From a virus, in the IMG/VR virus record IMGVR_UViG_3300009605_000020, positions 1-64,000 of that record: DNA of 64,000 nt; one strand, given 5' to 3'. Shown here one piece after another: positions 1 to 9,171 of the stretch (positions are counted from its first letter, which is position 1; every line of letters begins with the position of its first letter). The notes under the pieces were generated by a model. It made no database searches and was not told the origin of the DNA. It saw nothing but the letters and a program-made list of their open reading frames with translations. The position numbers and the translations under genes were made by a program.

Positions 1-1
1 G

Positions 2-550
2 CACTGTAAAGTTAAAATTTATCTTTAGAAGTTGTGGAAATAACTTTTCTCCACGAACCATAAAAAACCCCGCATCTACATCCGGCGCGTAATTAACTCC
101 GCTAAGATATCCTACTAATTCTTCTTCTCGGCCGGAACTATAATTTGATATCAAATTAGCCCACTTGAGAGTTACCAGAGGAGAAGCCTTTAAGACATTC
201 CCGAACTTTCGTTCTCCGTTGGCGTATACAGGATATAAAAACTTGATTAAAAGATCAACATTTCCGGTATTATCGATTGCTTCCTGGCGGCTAGCCGAGG
301 GAACATCAAATGATAAAGTAATTTGGCGGCTCGTTCTTTGAAAAGTAGCCAAAGGATCCATGCGGCCATAAACTGGAGTAGGATTCCACTCAGATGTAAA
401 ATTATCTGAAAAGTCTGTTACCCAGCCCTCGAAGGCAACTTGTGCTCCCGTCGCCACGTGCCTAAAAAAGATTTTCCAATTAGGATTCTTTGGATTTGCA
501 GGAAGATTAGGATTGCCGTTGCCGGCAATATTACGAAACGGATTCATCAT
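2..550 (-). CDS. Partial (runs off window) tail-tube initiator / baseplate hub-associated protein (gp48/gp54 or CIS-tube-like)
   Basis: Not in ORF track. Manual translation from ATG at 550 gives MMNPFRNIAG...VAFEGWVTDFSDNFTSEWNPTPVYGRMDPLATFQRTSRQITLSFDV...LYP...SPLVTLKWANLI...FPQLLKINFNFTV. The W-x5-GR-x-DP...R-x-I-x-L-x-F pattern is typical of tube-fold baseplate proteins. Lies directly after the tape measure gene. Confidence 0.7.
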   Translation of the reverse strand, partial: MMNPFRNIAGNGNPNLPANPKNPNWKIFFRHVATGAQVAFEGWVTDFSDNFTSEWNPTPVYGRMDPLATFQRTSRQITLSFDVPSASRQEAIDNTGNVDLLIKFLYPVYANGERKFGNVLKASPLVTLKWANLISNYSSGREEELVGYLSGVNYAPDVDAGFFMVRGEKLFPQLLKINFNFTV

Positions 551-567
551 ACAATAGCCCTCACAAG

Positions 568-575
568 TATATAGT
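568..575 (-). promoter_or_regulatory. ACTAWWTA motif (ACTATATA), candidate late promoter
   Basis: 17 nt upstream of ATG 550; member of a recurring intergenic motif. Confidence 0.55.
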
Positions 576-592
576 TAGCAACTAAGAACTTA

Positions 593-2725
593 TTAACCGC
601 CGCCGGTTAGATATGCAGGTCTGCCAAACTTGTTATTCAGGTCTACATTAGTTTTATAAAGATCGCGACCTTCTGCTTGCAAAACTACAGTGGTGGGGGC
701 TGACCTTTCCACTCCAACTTTCTTCATTTCCTGAGTTAACTCCCCAATTTTGTCAGCCAACAGTCTAGTGCTGCCTTCCTCAGTTCTTGTCGGGAGATTC
801 GCAACCGTCTGCAACATTCCTTCGGGACCTCTATTTAGAGCGGCCGTGGGCGCTACTGCGCGAGATGCTCCAGCACCAACCACATTCCGGCGAGAGGGAG
901 CAACAGCTCCACCACCGCCGCCGGCATGCGGGCTAATTATGCCCTCGGCAGCAAGAGTGGCGCGACCGACCTCTGTGCTGCCTCTCACCACCGAGCGCGC
1001 CCGGCCGGTGGCAGCTTGGGCAGCTCCGATGGTGAATGCGACCCCGGCCAATTTGGCGCCAGTTACAAGTAAGGGAATTGCAATTGGGACCAGTCCCGAA
1101 GCGAGCGCAGCGAGGCCGCCAACGATCATTAATCCTCCCACAACATACATAATAGTCTTAGCTTTGGTCACAAATTCTTCTATCGCGCGGCCGGCACCTC
1201 CGGCGCCGATTATCATATCCTGAAATCCTCTCACCATAGGCAGAATGGTCTCTTCTATAAGAGGACGCAAATCAATCAACAAGGCAGCAAATGTTGCGTT
1301 CACTTGTTCCATAATCGATTGCACCTTAGCGGCCTGAGATTCTAATTTTGCCTGAGCGAGCGCTTGTTTTTCCATTTCAACTGTGGCGGCTCCAAATATT
1401 CTTCCTGATTCTTCCACGCTCATACCCAAGGCATCAGCAATCGCCATCTTTTCATAGCGTCCAAGCTGATCAAACTGTACGCCGGCCATATCTATAGAAC
1501 GCTGCAAAATATCAATACGCTCTTCTTCGGTAGCATTCAACATATCAATTGAATTTAAATAAGGGCCGCCTAGGATAGCGTTTAAACGCCCCACTGCTTG
1601 GCCAGCTGAATCAAATTGATCGAATTGGGCGACTAGGCCTAATAATTTGTCTACTCCTAATCCCGTTTCCTTAGCATGTTTGGCGAGACCATCAAAGACC
1701 TTCATCATATCTTTGCCATGGCGCGCCAAGATGGGAGCAGCTGCAGCGAAGGCGGCCGCTATTTCGGAGGGCGGCATCTTCAAAGCATCTGCTGTTGATT
1801 TAAGATCTCGCAACAAAGTCTCGGCTTCACTTCCCGTCATGCCCATTGCGCGAGTTGCAAAATCTAAGTTCTGGGCTGATACCTGAGCAGAGATACCAAA
1901 TTCTGCCAGGAGTGAGGTGGTTTTGGCTATATTGGTTTGTGTATGACCCGACAGCTGTGTAAACGCGGACATGTCCGTATATAAGGTTGTCCACGCGTCG
2001 CCCGCTTCCTGTATTGTGACACCGGAAAAAGCAGTTGCGCGCTGCATTTGTGTCATCATGATGTTATATTCGTCACCAGCTCCAGTGGTACGCTTAAATT
2101 GGCTTATTACTTCGTCTTGCGCTTTAACTAAATCAATTGCTTTCCAGACATAAGCAGTAAGACCTTCAGATATCTTAGACAACCCGGCCGTTACAAGTGC
2201 GCCGGCGCTGAACATCTTCTTGAACCCGGCAACGACGCCGGCTATGCCTTCTTTACTATAGAGGCGTGTCCTCTGGTCCAGTTGTTTGGTGGCTGTCGAC
2301 AGCCCAAATAATACCTCGGCCCATTCTTTACCGACATCGATGCCCTGCTCCTCGAAAGTAAGACGATCGCGCATGCCGGAAAGGCGCTTGGCCTCCTCTT
2401 CGGTCAGTGTGTCGAGGAGAGCAAGTTCATCTTCCTTAATTTTAATACTCAGCCTCTTGATCTCAATTTCAAGCTTTAGCTGCTTATTTTTTTCTTTTGT
2501 CGCCTTCGCCAGCTCTTTTTGAAGTTCCAGGAAAGCCCTGTCTCTGATAAGATCTTCTTCCAGGTGCCGGGTGTCGCGAGCGCTGCGGCCGCCCGGGGCT
2601 GCAGCGCCACCGGCGCCTCCAGGGCCACCGCCGCCTCCAGCGCCACCGCCGCCTCCAGCGCCACCGCCGCCTCCAGCGCCGCCGCCTCCAGCGGCCGCAA
2701 AATATATTCTTTTATAAGTACTCAT
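593..2725 (-). CDS. Tail tape-measure protein
   Basis: 710 aa, Ala/Leu-rich helical, coiled-coil N-part and a hydrophobic TM-like stretch (IMYVVGGLMIVGGLAALASGLVPIAIPLL). Lies downstream of tube and chaperone genes. Confidence 0.8.
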   Translation of the reverse strand: MSTYKRIYFAAAGGGGAGGGGGAGGGGGAGGGGGPGGAGGAAAPGGRSARDTRHLEEDLIRDRAFLELQKELAKATKEKNKQLKLEIEIKRLSIKIKEDELALLDTLTEEEAKRLSGMRDRLTFEEQGIDVGKEWAEVLFGLSTATKQLDQRTRLYSKEGIAGVVAGFKKMFSAGALVTAGLSKISEGLTAYVWKAIDLVKAQDEVISQFKRTTGAGDEYNIMMTQMQRATAFSGVTIQEAGDAWTTLYTDMSAFTQLSGHTQTNIAKTTSLLAEFGISAQVSAQNLDFATRAMGMTGSEAETLLRDLKSTADALKMPPSEIAAAFAAAAPILARHGKDMMKVFDGLAKHAKETGLGVDKLLGLVAQFDQFDSAGQAVGRLNAILGGPYLNSIDMLNATEEERIDILQRSIDMAGVQFDQLGRYEKMAIADALGMSVEESGRIFGAATVEMEKQALAQAKLESQAAKVQSIMEQVNATFAALLIDLRPLIEETILPMVRGFQDMIIGAGGAGRAIEEFVTKAKTIMYVVGGLMIVGGLAALASGLVPIAIPLLVTGAKLAGVAFTIGAAQAATGRARSVVRGSTEVGRATLAAEGIISPHAGGGGGAVAPSRRNVVGAGASRAVAPTAALNRGPEGMLQTVANLPTRTEEGSTRLLADKIGELTQEMKKVGVERSAPTTVVLQAEGRDLYKTNVDLNNKFGRPAYLTGGG
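2624..2692. repeat. 18-bp tandem repeat (gccaccgccgcctccagc x3 plus partial) encoding (GGGGGA)n at the tape-measure N-terminus
   Basis: Exact copies at 2624, 2642 and 2660, with a shortened copy at 2678. Confidence 0.9.
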
Positions 2726-2735
2726 CTATGCTGCC

Positions 2736-3116
2736 CTACTTGAAAGGCCACAATAGATCTGTTTCTTTTTCAAACCGCTCTACTGCTCGATTTAGAGTGT
2801 ACTTGGACTCTAGTGTTTTTTCGTCAGTGAGCCCGAGATCTATATAATTTTGCATGTAATCTTTTTCACTCTTCAACGCTGTTGTAAAAACTTCAACTTG
2901 CTGGGGAGTCCCAACGATTTTAACTCTCGGAGCGCTGAGATCTTGTGTCTCTTGTGCCTCTCGACGGAGATCGAGAAAAGGATCTGGAGGTTCTGGAGGG
3001 AACAAATGTCGTAGCAATAACTTTACGGCGCCGGCAAATTGTGCTATAAAAGACTCATTGAGAGTCTTTTCCTTAGCAGACAAATTGATAACATATGGAA
3101 TCATTTCTTCCGGCAT
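2736..3116 (-). CDS. Hypothetical protein between chaperone and tape measure
   Basis: 126-aa ORF with GGGGTGA SD-like site and an upstream ACTAATTA motif. Confidence 0.75.
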   Translation of the reverse strand: MPEEMIPYVINLSAKEKTLNESFIAQFAGAVKLLLRHLFPPEPPDPFLDLRREAQETQDLSAPRVKIVGTPQQVEVFTTALKSEKDYMQNYIDLGLTDEKTLESKYTLNRAVERFEKETDLLWPFK

Positions 3117-3139
3117 ACTATATCACCCCTAGTGTATAT

Positions 3140-3147
3140 TAATTAGT
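3140..3147 (-). promoter_or_regulatory. ACTAWWTA motif (ACTAATTA)
   Basis: 23 nt upstream of ATG 3116. Confidence 0.6.
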
Positions 3148-3167
3148 ATCCTAGCAGCAAAACCGTA

Positions 3168-3347
3168 CTATCGATCGAGTTTATGATGATGGGAGTCCCC
3201 TTCTTGGGCTTCTTTTTGTTTTTCGAATTCTTTAATTAATCTTTTAACAAACCAGTGTCTCAATTGTATAGGAAGACTATACGCCTCAAAAAAACTCCAG
3301 CCGCCATGGTGCTTAAGAACAAAAAGTTCTTCATAAACAGCTTCCAT
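3168..3347 (-). CDS. Small gp51-like / tail-assembly chaperone C-terminal (T-like) ORF, 59 aa; probably also made as a frameshift extension of 3352-4203
   Basis: Below the ORF-track cutoff: MEAVYEELFVLKHHGGWSFFEAYSLPIQLRHWFVKRLIKEFEKQKEAQ... The W-S-x-x-E-x-x-x-L-P-x-x-x-R pattern is typical of chaperone T segments. The frame stays open upstream through the T7 run. Confidence 0.75.
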   Translation of the reverse strand: MEAVYEELFVLKHHGGWSFFEAYSLPIQLRHWFVKRLIKEFEKQKEAQEGDSHHHKLDR

Positions 3348-3351
3348 GTAG

Positions 3352-4203
3352 CTATCGTTGAGGCCAAAAAAAGTCCGCGGTCAAAGGGACCGCTATCCTC
3401 CCATCATAGGCACAGCCATTGCAATTGAATTCATGAGTTAGGTCTATATCTGGGCAGACCTCTTCATATACTTTTTTAATATATCTCGCATCCTGAATGG
3501 GAAGAATATTTACAAGCTTATTAATATTTTGTGGTTCTGAATTATCCTCCACGGATCTTATAAGTAATTTTAATAAATCTGTGCTTGTCGTATTGGGAAG
3601 TTTTTGTTTCTTTTTACGCTCGCTCGTCATCAAAAAGTTTTTTTCTTCCTTGCCGGTTAACAAGCGTATCTCTACCTCAAGTCTTGCTTGAGGGAGCTGA
3701 AGGAAAAATGTATTATTAGACTCGCGCGTGACGCCTTCGGGAAGCGTAGAATCTTTTACTTCTAGCGTATGTAAATCAAACTCAACTTGCTGTGTCTCAG
3801 AACATGTTGGACAGGTTACGCGCGTTTCATATAGAGAACCATAGCCAGTTATTCTAGAACCTACCACTAAAGCATTCTTGTCACCCACAAGTAAATCATC
3901 TAACTTGATTTTTTTATTCACTACCAGCGCTTCTAAAAGTCTTTCTATCGCTATTCCTTTGCGTAATAAACTTTCAGAAGTTAGAATATCTTCTTCTTTG
4001 GCCGTCATGTGGCGAATTTCAATTGAAGTTTGCCCGTGAAGCGGATGCCCCTCGTTATAGAACTCACCTTTACTGGGAAGATCTATAAACTCTGTGGGAA
4101 CCACAAAAGAAAATATATCTTCTGAACTATTTTGGGGGCTGGGGGGTGTAGCGCTGTCCGGATGTGGAGCGCCAAGGCGCTCCTGATTATTTCGTCTACT
4201 CAC
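3352..4203 (-). CDS. T4 gp26-like baseplate hub assembly / tail assembly chaperone
   Basis: IDLPSKG, IRHMTAKEEDIL, L-x-x-GD...RITGYG, two CxxC pairs (CPTC, CNGC) and a C-terminal FFWP. Immediately follows the tube gene. GTG start with GAGGTG SD. Confidence 0.8.
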   Translation of the reverse strand: MSRRNNQERLGAPHPDSATPPSPQNSSEDIFSFVVPTEFIDLPSKGEFYNEGHPLHGQTSIEIRHMTAKEEDILTSESLLRKGIAIERLLEALVVNKKIKLDDLLVGDKNALVVGSRITGYGSLYETRVTCPTCSETQQVEFDLHTLEVKDSTLPEGVTRESNNTFFLQLPQARLEVEIRLLTGKEEKNFLMTSERKKKQKLPNTTSTDLLKLLIRSVEDNSEPQNINKLVNILPIQDARYIKKVYEEVCPDIDLTHEFNCNGCAYDGRIAVPLTADFFWPQR

Positions 4204-4217
4204 TCATCACCTCTTTT

Positions 4218-4817
4218 CTAAATTACCGGGGACGGCAGCGTCGTAGTGCTAAATGCTGATGCCAAGCCGGCCGCGGCTCCTGTTTCGTAGGTGGCCCAAT
4301 CATACTTAAGAGACATAGTCACAGTGAGGATACCGTCTCCACTATAATCTAGATCGCCAAACTTAGTACTGTCGATCCAAGCATTGTTCAAAGTCCACAC
4401 ACCAACTACTCCGCCTTCTCCGTCTAATTCACGAATAATCACATCTCCCAAAGCCGCCAGAGCATCTGCTTTATTAATGGTTCCCACGGGGTCGCCGGTA
4501 TTGAAGGCGCCCGCTTGTTCATCGGGAGTAAGATAACCAGACTTCATCAGCGCGGCATAAAGAAGCGCGTTTCCGTCAGGATCTACAGAGTTAACAATCG
4601 TAACTGAAATTGCGTCCCAGGAAACCGTTCCAGGATAGTGATATTCATTTCCTAAAAACCTATGAGTAACTGGGCTAATAGTATATCCGGGAGTTCCAGC
4701 TGTCATAGCTAGATATTCTTGATAGGTAGAACCGTCCTCGGTTGTCAGATTAGTAAAATTAATTAAATATCTGTGTTGTCTCTTCGGTTCCGAAGCTGCT
4801 AAATTCCAAAATGCCAT
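4218..4817 (-). CDS. gp19: Tail tube protein (T4 gp19-like)
   Basis: EPKRQHRY, YPGTVSWDAISVT, ELDGEG..VGVWTLNNAW...FGDLDYS...LKYDWA. Directly downstream of the sheath gene. Confidence 0.88.
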   Translation of the reverse strand: MAFWNLAASEPKRQHRYLINFTNLTTEDGSTYQEYLAMTAGTPGYTISPVTHRFLGNEYHYPGTVSWDAISVTIVNSVDPDGNALLYAALMKSGYLTPDEQAGAFNTGDPVGTINKADALAALGDVIIRELDGEGGVVGVWTLNNAWIDSTKFGDLDYSGDGILTVTMSLKYDWATYETGAAAGLASAFSTTTLPSPVI

Positions 4818-4839
4818 TATCTCTTAGTCTCCCTAAAAT

Positions 4840-4847
4840 TAAATAGT
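4840..4847 (-). promoter_or_regulatory. ACTAWWTA motif (ACTATTTA)
   Basis: 22 nt upstream of the tube start. Confidence 0.6.
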
Positions 4848-4875
4848 GGGGGTATATAAAATACCCCCCTTTTTT
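4848..4875. terminator. Stem-loop between sheath and tube genes (GGGGGTAT-ataaa-ATACCCCC)
   Basis: Perfect 8-bp stem. The T6 tract follows on the + strand; only ACTATTTAATTTT follows on the coding strand. Confidence 0.55.
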
Positions 4876-4876
4876 A

Positions 4877-7800
4877 TTAATCTACGAATGAGGCTCCCGT
4901 TCTTGTAATATTAAAGTCAAGAGCAATATATTCTATAGCACGCGTCGGCTTCAAAAAGATCTTCGCGTAGAGTATATTGCGGTCGATCAAATCAGCAGTT
5001 GTCGTACTATCATCTAGCACTAACTTATAATCAGATAGGCCAAAATTGGTCTTAACTTCTTCAAGGAAGGGATTAACTTGCCCCGTGAAACGATCCCAGG
5101 TCTTACGTACGTTCGGCTCGAACAGAATCTGACTCGCAATCTGAGAAATTCGCTTCTTGAGGAAGATCAATAGCCGTCGAACATTAATTCGATCCAACGC
5201 CGAAGGTGTAACTTGTAGCGTCTTCTGACCGAAAATTACTAGACCTTCCGCAGGGAACTTAGCAATCGGATTAACATTAGCCTCGTATAAATCATCCCGC
5301 ATCTTCCGCGTCAGCCGTTCAACCACATTAATGATTGGTACGCCGGCAGCTCCTACAGTAAGACCGCCTCGGTTAAATCCGGCCGGTGCAAACCATACCT
5401 CTGTTTTGCGTTGAGAGCTAGAGAAAACTCCAAGTGCCGCTATGGATGGAGGCGCCCACAGAATTTGTCCTGTGATGCTATCTCGCATCTGTACCCAAGG
5501 ATAGTAAGCACAAGCATAGCTTGTATTTACGCCCCTGTCTCGCAAGTCACTGACTGTCCTGGTGACGCTGCCGCGACGATCCGCAAAGCTGTCAGTATTT
5601 TCAGTCGTTGGAATATAGCCACCCTCAAGGTCGACTACCGCTAACGAGTCGCCGCGATCCTCACATGTATTCATGAGGTGGGTGGTAAGCCCCGGCTGAG
5701 TAATGCCCGGTACGGTGGCCAGATTCATTTCTACGACCTCTGGATCTGCGATTGAATCAACGGCTCGCTTAACACTATAGAAAGCATAGTTCCCAAATTC
5801 ACTTGGATTGTTGTCCAAGTCTGTATTATTAAACGGTTCCGGCTCTAAAATATCCAAGCCATCGAACCCGCTGTGAATCGGTATTGTAAACCGATCAAAC
5901 CCATCATCGAGAACGCTCTGCCATGTGCCTTGAGCAGTCAAGGAGGCGCCCGCGACGCGGGAGCCACTTACCCATACAGCATTGTTAGTCCCGCTGCCGC
6001 TGATATCATCAAGAGTAAAGACCGTCGAGGCTTCACATCCATCTGCCCCGGTATTAAATTGGTTAGCAGCACCAATTCCGCCCAAGGCTCGTAATAAATC
6101 TATATTTGACCTCTCAAATCGTAAACTCGATGGAGAGCGTCCCACCGCAAAGCCAAAGTAGGCATCAGTAAAGTTACCTATACCGCCATCTGAAGCACTT
6201 ATGCGCATCGCTGGGGCTGGGAATCTTATCGAAGCTGATAAACTTCCCGTCTTGCCGTGCACCAAATAGGTGCCATCTGTGGCACCGCCTAGGTCGACAA
6301 CATCAAACGCCGATCCAGTTCGACCAATATACGTACTACGTGGCCCGGAATTATCCGAGAAGAACACGTCAGCATATTTAACTATGCCGCGGGATCCGAA
6401 GGGAAGCATCTGCGCGTCGGGTGGGCCGCCCAGATCGACAGTAGAATCCATCTCAATGCGAATGTATTTGGATTGATTAATATATTGTCCATCTTCTTGA
6501 TAGCGTCGTTCGTTATCATTCCAAGTGCTAACTCGGTCACCGATCTTTCGTCCTACATAATTTAAAGAATTCGGATTTAAGTTACAATCATTAAATTGTT
6601 CCACGACTCGAACCACATTATCTGAATCGTCTAGTTTACGAACTTTCACGGTGAAAGTGCCATAATCTGTAGAGTCGTTTGTTGAAGCCTTGATACTCTC
6701 TATCGAAATCTTAAGGTTTCGACTAGTCCAGGCACCCGGCTCATCCATGGCATGGAATCTAAATAAGTTAGGCATGTTGGCCGGATTATAGGTGCCGGCA
6801 TTTGTACTAATGTCCTGACTAAAGATCCACGGAGTTTGAGCAGAAATCAAGGGATATTCTAAATTGCCCGCATTGTTGCCGGTCGCGGCGCCGTTGCCTA
6901 CCATAGGTAGCAGAGCAGCATAGGTAGTATCTCCTGAAGAAGCGCCAACTACGGTCTTAAGGTGCCTTTCATAAGACTCTCCAAGCCAATAAAATAGCTC
7001 ATCTTGAGTAGTCTGGGCATTTGTTAATTGAGGATTTGTATTAAAGACTTTGCGAATATATTTTGAACTATTTTCGTTAAAATTAAAAGCAGTTACTAAA
7101 TTATTGGTACCATCATAATTCTTAACAATTAATTTATACTCGTAGTCTCCGATTGATTCAATAAGACCGCATGTACCGGTTACCGCATTTGAGGTTCCCG
7201 CAAGAGTTCCAGTGAGAGCCAAGTTGGGTCCATTTGAAGAGCTTACAACATAAAATGTTGCTGCCAGAGCGCCGAAGACTTGGGAGCTGTCGTCTCTTCC
7301 TCCCGTAAATCCGGATACCGAAGCACTTAGATGATTGGCGGTTTCAACCTTGATGAGGGCGTTGTTGCCGGCGGCGCTGCACTCGTGCATCCTAAGCATT
7401 ACCGTGTCTGCGGCGCCCGGTATGTCGGACGCGAAGCCTACTACCTCGACGCCGGGCTGGCCGACTGCATCGTGGAAGCCGGCAGCTGAGTCTGTATTAT
7501 TTGTTCCTGAAGCAAAAGTTATTAGTCCAGGGCCCGGGTGTGGAGGAAGGACCGCGCCGAAACCGGGGCCCGGGCTGAACTCCGACCGATATCCGGTAGA
7601 AGAAGTTATTGCGAAGAAATCAGTACCAATTGGTAATGAACTCGAAGCTGGGCCGGGACCGTCAAAGACGATGCTACCGGTGGCCTGGTTACAGCACGGA
7701 TTGCAGGAGCCCGTATTAAAAACGAACAGCCCGTAAACGCCCGCACCGTTGCTATTGTTAGCACTGTCTACTGTCCAGCCCGCGTCTCCGGTGATAGTTT

Positions 7801-8134
7801 TATCGGAACTCTCGGCTCCCAGTAGACGTACATAAGTTAAAGGAGAACTATTTCGAAGATAAGCTTGCGCTGCGTAAGGACCATAGGTGGGGCCCACTGT
7901 GTTGCCGTCGCGCCAAATATCACTGTTTTCGCCACCGCCACCAGGAACCGGGTTACCGAATACACTTATAAATTCCGAAAACGAATTTAGTGTAACGGGG
8001 CGTAGGCCGGGACCTGAACGGGCGCGCCCTATTACGACCGGCCCTATCCCCGCTGGGGATGCCGGAAGCTGCGAGTTATCAATTTCATTAATAAAAACGC
8101 CAGGTGAAACAAACCTATACTTCTTAACTGACAT
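4877..8134 (-). CDS. gp18: Contractile tail sheath protein (T4 gp18-like), enlarged
   Basis: N-term FVSPGVFINEID. C-term YYPWV, WFAPAGFNRG, NPIAKFP...FGQKTLQ...SALDRINVRRLL, FEPN, KPTRAIEYI. Confidence 0.95.
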   Translation of the reverse strand: MSVKKYRFVSPGVFINEIDNSQLPASPAGIGPVVIGRARSGPGLRPVTLNSFSEFISVFGNPVPGGGGENSDIWRDGNTVGPTYGPYAAQAYLRNSSPLTYVRLLGAESSDKTITGDAGWTVDSANNSNGAGVYGLFVFNTGSCNPCCNQATGSIVFDGPGPASSSLPIGTDFFAITSSTGYRSEFSPGPGFGAVLPPHPGPGLITFASGTNNTDSAAGFHDAVGQPGVEVVGFASDIPGAADTVMLRMHECSAAGNNALIKVETANHLSASVSGFTGGRDDSSQVFGALAATFYVVSSSNGPNLALTGTLAGTSNAVTGTCGLIESIGDYEYKLIVKNYDGTNNLVTAFNFNENSSKYIRKVFNTNPQLTNAQTTQDELFYWLGESYERHLKTVVGASSGDTTYAALLPMVGNGAATGNNAGNLEYPLISAQTPWIFSQDISTNAGTYNPANMPNLFRFHAMDEPGAWTSRNLKISIESIKASTNDSTDYGTFTVKVRKLDDSDNVVRVVEQFNDCNLNPNSLNYVGRKIGDRVSTWNDNERRYQEDGQYINQSKYIRIEMDSTVDLGGPPDAQMLPFGSRGIVKYADVFFSDNSGPRSTYIGRTGSAFDVVDLGGATDGTYLVHGKTGSLSASIRFPAPAMRISASDGGIGNFTDAYFGFAVGRSPSSLRFERSNIDLLRALGGIGAANQFNTGADGCEASTVFTLDDISGSGTNNAVWVSGSRVAGASLTAQGTWQSVLDDGFDRFTIPIHSGFDGLDILEPEPFNNTDLDNNPSEFGNYAFYSVKRAVDSIADPEVVEMNLATVPGITQPGLTTHLMNTCEDRGDSLAVVDLEGGYIPTTENTDSFADRRGSVTRTVSDLRDRGVNTSYACAYYPWVQMRDSITGQILWAPPSIAALGVFSSSQRKTEVWFAPAGFNRGGLTVGAAGVPIINVVERLTRKMRDDLYEANVNPIAKFPAEGLVIFGQKTLQVTPSALDRINVRRLLIFLKKRISQIASQILFEPNVRKTWDRFTGQVNPFLEEVKTNFGLSDYKLVLDDSTTTADLIDRNILYAKIFLKPTRAIEYIALDFNITRTGASFVD

Positions 8135-8188
8135 ACTGGGAGATCTCCTTTTTCAAATCTCTTTAAACAACTTAATGTTATTCTCTAT

Positions 8189-8196
8189 TAAATAGT
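8189..8196 (-). promoter_or_regulatory. ACTAWWTA motif (ACTATTTA)
   Basis: 54 nt upstream of the sheath start. Confidence 0.6.
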
Positions 8197-8216
8197 ACGA
8201 GCGGGACCGAACAGTC

Positions 8217-9158
8217 TTATTCTCTATAAAATCCTCTACTATCAATAGTATCTGGAATATCTCCAAAAATAGCTCGCTCTCGCTGGAATCTAAATTCCAC
8301 AGCGTTTTCTCTTTTAACTAAGCGAGGCCTCTCTTGGTTATCTCCCTCTCCAATCAAATAGCCGAGCACTGTCACGTTAATTGTGGTTTCATAATTACGT
8401 TGTGCCATCTCTAGATTGTTTGTATTACTGTTGTTCATATAATTTCCATCCAGAAAAACTTCAAATTTGTGGTTATCATATTCAATGCGAGGAGGCATAG
8501 TGCTGTTGCCAGCTATGGTAACCCACGGCTGGATAAGATCGTTCATTTGCTGTTGATATTCCGTTCGAAGACTAATTTCATAAGAAACATTAATCCACGT
8601 TGGTAGCGGAATAGTAATGGTTTCATACACTACCTTTTGAGTTGGCATGTTCCGACTGTTGGTACTTTCCATACCTGATCGGACGCCATCTGGGCCATAT
8701 CGACGGGCAGCCAAATTGTTTTGAAACTCAGCCGTTTTTTTCTGATTGATGCGGCGCGCTACAGTAATAACACCCCCTTTCTCATCGTCCACAGCATACA
8801 AATTAGCATAAGGAACTCCACGCTTGTTTGGATCTTTTACTGTCGCTTTTCTTTCAATCGTTATGAGCGGCAAAATCAAAGTTTCTTCGCGATCTCGGAG
8901 TTCTTTTCTATTTTTGATTTGGAAGGATCTTTCGGCGCTCGCCCATATAATATGCACTTTGTTAAACCCTTCATTCGTCGTAGTAAAAAGATTCATTTTG
9001 TCATTTACAAAATTATATAAAGCGTAGTCGATAGTTTCCATAGTCGAAGGCATAAAAATGACCTCTTGTAACTTATCTTGAACGTCTTTAGACCCAACAT
9101 AATCAAATCTATCTGCATATCTATTTTGTAATTGTCTTTGAGTTTCTCTAACTGGCAT
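8217..9158 (-). CDS. Tail terminator / sheath completion protein (gp15-like)
   Basis: LPLITIER, P-x-x-x-N-V-x-Y-E-I-x-L-x-T-x-Y-x-x-QMN pattern. Lies between the neck and sheath genes. Confidence 0.65.
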   Translation of the reverse strand: MPVRETQRQLQNRYADRFDYVGSKDVQDKLQEVIFMPSTMETIDYALYNFVNDKMNLFTTTNEGFNKVHIIWASAERSFQIKNRKELRDREETLILPLITIERKATVKDPNKRGVPYANLYAVDDEKGGVITVARRINQKKTAEFQNNLAARRYGPDGVRSGMESTNSRNMPTQKVVYETITIPLPTWINVSYEISLRTEYQQQMNDLIQPWVTIAGNSTMPPRIEYDNHKFEVFLDGNYMNNSNTNNLEMAQRNYETTINVTVLGYLIGEGDNQERPRLVKRENAVEFRFQRERAIFGDIPDTIDSRGFYRE

Positions 9159-9171
9159 TTTCTACCATCCC

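Noticed and set aside
2476-2700. Alternate-frame ORF with (LEAAVA)n repeat
   Set aside because: It is just the 18-bp poly-Gly repeat read in another frame. TTG start with no SD.
1-9158. Bacterial extracellular contractile injection system or tailocin
   Set aside because: Capsid, portal, protease, scaffold and terminase genes are all present, so this is a complete phage morphogenesis region.
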